64,000 nucleotides of DNA from Chrysomallon squamiferum. Taxonomy: Eukaryota; Animalia; Mollusca. Shown one piece after another: positions 62,885 through 64,000 of this stretch (within the stretch, counting starts at the first letter, position 1; each line of letters begins with the position of its first letter). Location of the stretch: assembly GCA_012295275.1 (NCBI GenBank), contig CM022665.1, positions 23,808,001 through 23,872,000 of the forward strand. The letters are read 5' to 3'. A model generated the notes under the pieces. The model was given only the letters and a program-made list of their open reading frames with translations. It did no database searches and was not told where the DNA came from. The position numbers and the translations under genes were made by a program.

Positions 62885-64000
62885 TAAATAAATAAAAAAT
62901 CGAGAGAAAAAGTATGTGTGTGTAAAAAGTGTAAGTACAAAAAAAAAAAAAAAAAAAAACACCCCCAAAACCCCCATTAAATGTATTTATTTTCCATAGT
63001 GCCTAGAAAGTATGCATATATATATAATTATTTTTGTTATTGTTATTATTTTTCTTTAATATTACAGGCCAGACAGCTTTCGTGTCATTAGCATGGATGC
63101 TGAGGAATATCACCCCAAATATCCGGACTGTGAGGTGAAACCAGTATATGAAAAGGACACATTACCAACCAGAAAACTACTTCCAGATATTCCAGTTCGA
63201 CAAACAAGAAGCCTGACAAAATCAATTTCTGACTTCAGAGCACATAATCCACAGCCAAAAAGTTGTAGTTTCATCTGTCATGATGTTAGGTTGTTAAATG
63301 AACCAATCTGTACAGTGGCTACATGGGACACACAACAGGATCAGGCAAATTGGTGGCCAAGTGGAATGCCAAGGGAACCACTGCCACAGCCACCACACAC
63401 GTTAGATTCTACATACAGAAAAGATTTTCTTTACCGAGAATCCAGTGTACCATCTGGATCAACACGACATCTTTCCAATCCTAACAAAGTGCCAGCTTTG
63501 GGTACAGGTCAGAAGTTTATCATTGTTTATTTTATTATGTTAATGTATCACTACATATCATAAATTAATATTCTTTTCACTTTATTTTATTTTATTTATT
63601 TATTTATTTTTTTGAAAATTTGTCTTTTAAAAATAATAAATATTTCTGCCTTTTGCAAAGAAAAATGTTCACAGAAAAATTAGCCTCTCGTCAAAAGACT
63701 GAATTTTACACTAATCACGTATGTTTCAGAAATTGTTTAATTCAACTTATTGATAAAAAGATGTCAGAATTAAAACTTTAAAATTTTTATCTTGTGAATG
63801 ACATATTAAAGTTATGAAATGATGGAATTTGAATAATTTTTAAAACTTACTGATAATTATAATATAATCATTATTTATATATTTATTTTATTTTCTTTTA
63901 TTATTTTTTTCTTTTCTCAGTTCCAGTTAATCATTTGAGACAAAAAGATGGAAAGCAACGTTTCTTCAAAGAGGATATATCTTATCAGCACATATACAAC
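60472..64000 (+). CDS. C2orf73: C2orf73 (CIMIP6)-like ciliary microtubule inner protein, 3' part outside the window
   Basis: Exons 60472-60527, 63068-63507 and 63921 to the window end, with consistent phases: MAIYMPPLARKKKVPEKYQ-PDSFRVISMDAEEY...FICHDVRLLNEPIC...NWWP...DSTYRKDF...G-VPVN...EDISYQHIYN. This resembles C2orf73-family motifs; the identity is recalled, not searched. Confidence 0.65.
60969..61011. repeat. (TA)n microsatellite
   Basis: Direct reading. Confidence 0.9.
62834..62878. repeat. (AAT)n microsatellite
   Basis: Direct reading; it explains the poly-Y and poly-L spurious ORFs. Confidence 0.9.

Noticed and set aside
1-64000. tRNA, rRNA or snRNA genes
   Set aside because: No recognisable cloverleaf or conserved RNA motif found by eye; a covariance-model scan would be needed to exclude small RNAs.

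Overview
AT-rich, intron-rich animal genomic DNA, probably an invertebrate and possibly a gastropod (inferred from the repeat tails and gene content; not provable here). I reconstructed six spliced protein-coding genes by hand from GT-AG junctions and exon phases, arranged as three head-to-head pairs: PTPN14/PTPN21-like Pez (-, 19 coding exons, about 1186 aa) with CENPF (+, 14 coding exons, about 2650 aa, CAAX end); TMEM223 (-) with IFT43 (+); and SPATA17 (-) with a C2orf73/CIMIP6-like gene (+, runs off the window). The main anomaly is the 3.1-kb intron 4593-7714 inside the phosphatase domain of the PTPN14/21-like gene. It is almost filled by a virus-like insert. Two long intronless ORFs (392 aa and about 555 aa) overlap for about 1.15 kb in different frames, with a TATA box, staggered start codons and a poly(A) signal. 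The longer ORF has an HUH-like motif (HLHVIV) but no recognisable helicase, and a decayed ORF points the other way. Also present: an internally deleted Tigger/pogo transposon, two SINE-like tails, an NRF1+E2F+CHR promoter module upstream of CENPF, an X-box in a 186-bp bidirectional ciliary-gene promoter, and a 75-nt coding repeat in CENPF. Gene names come from motif recognition; no database searches were run.
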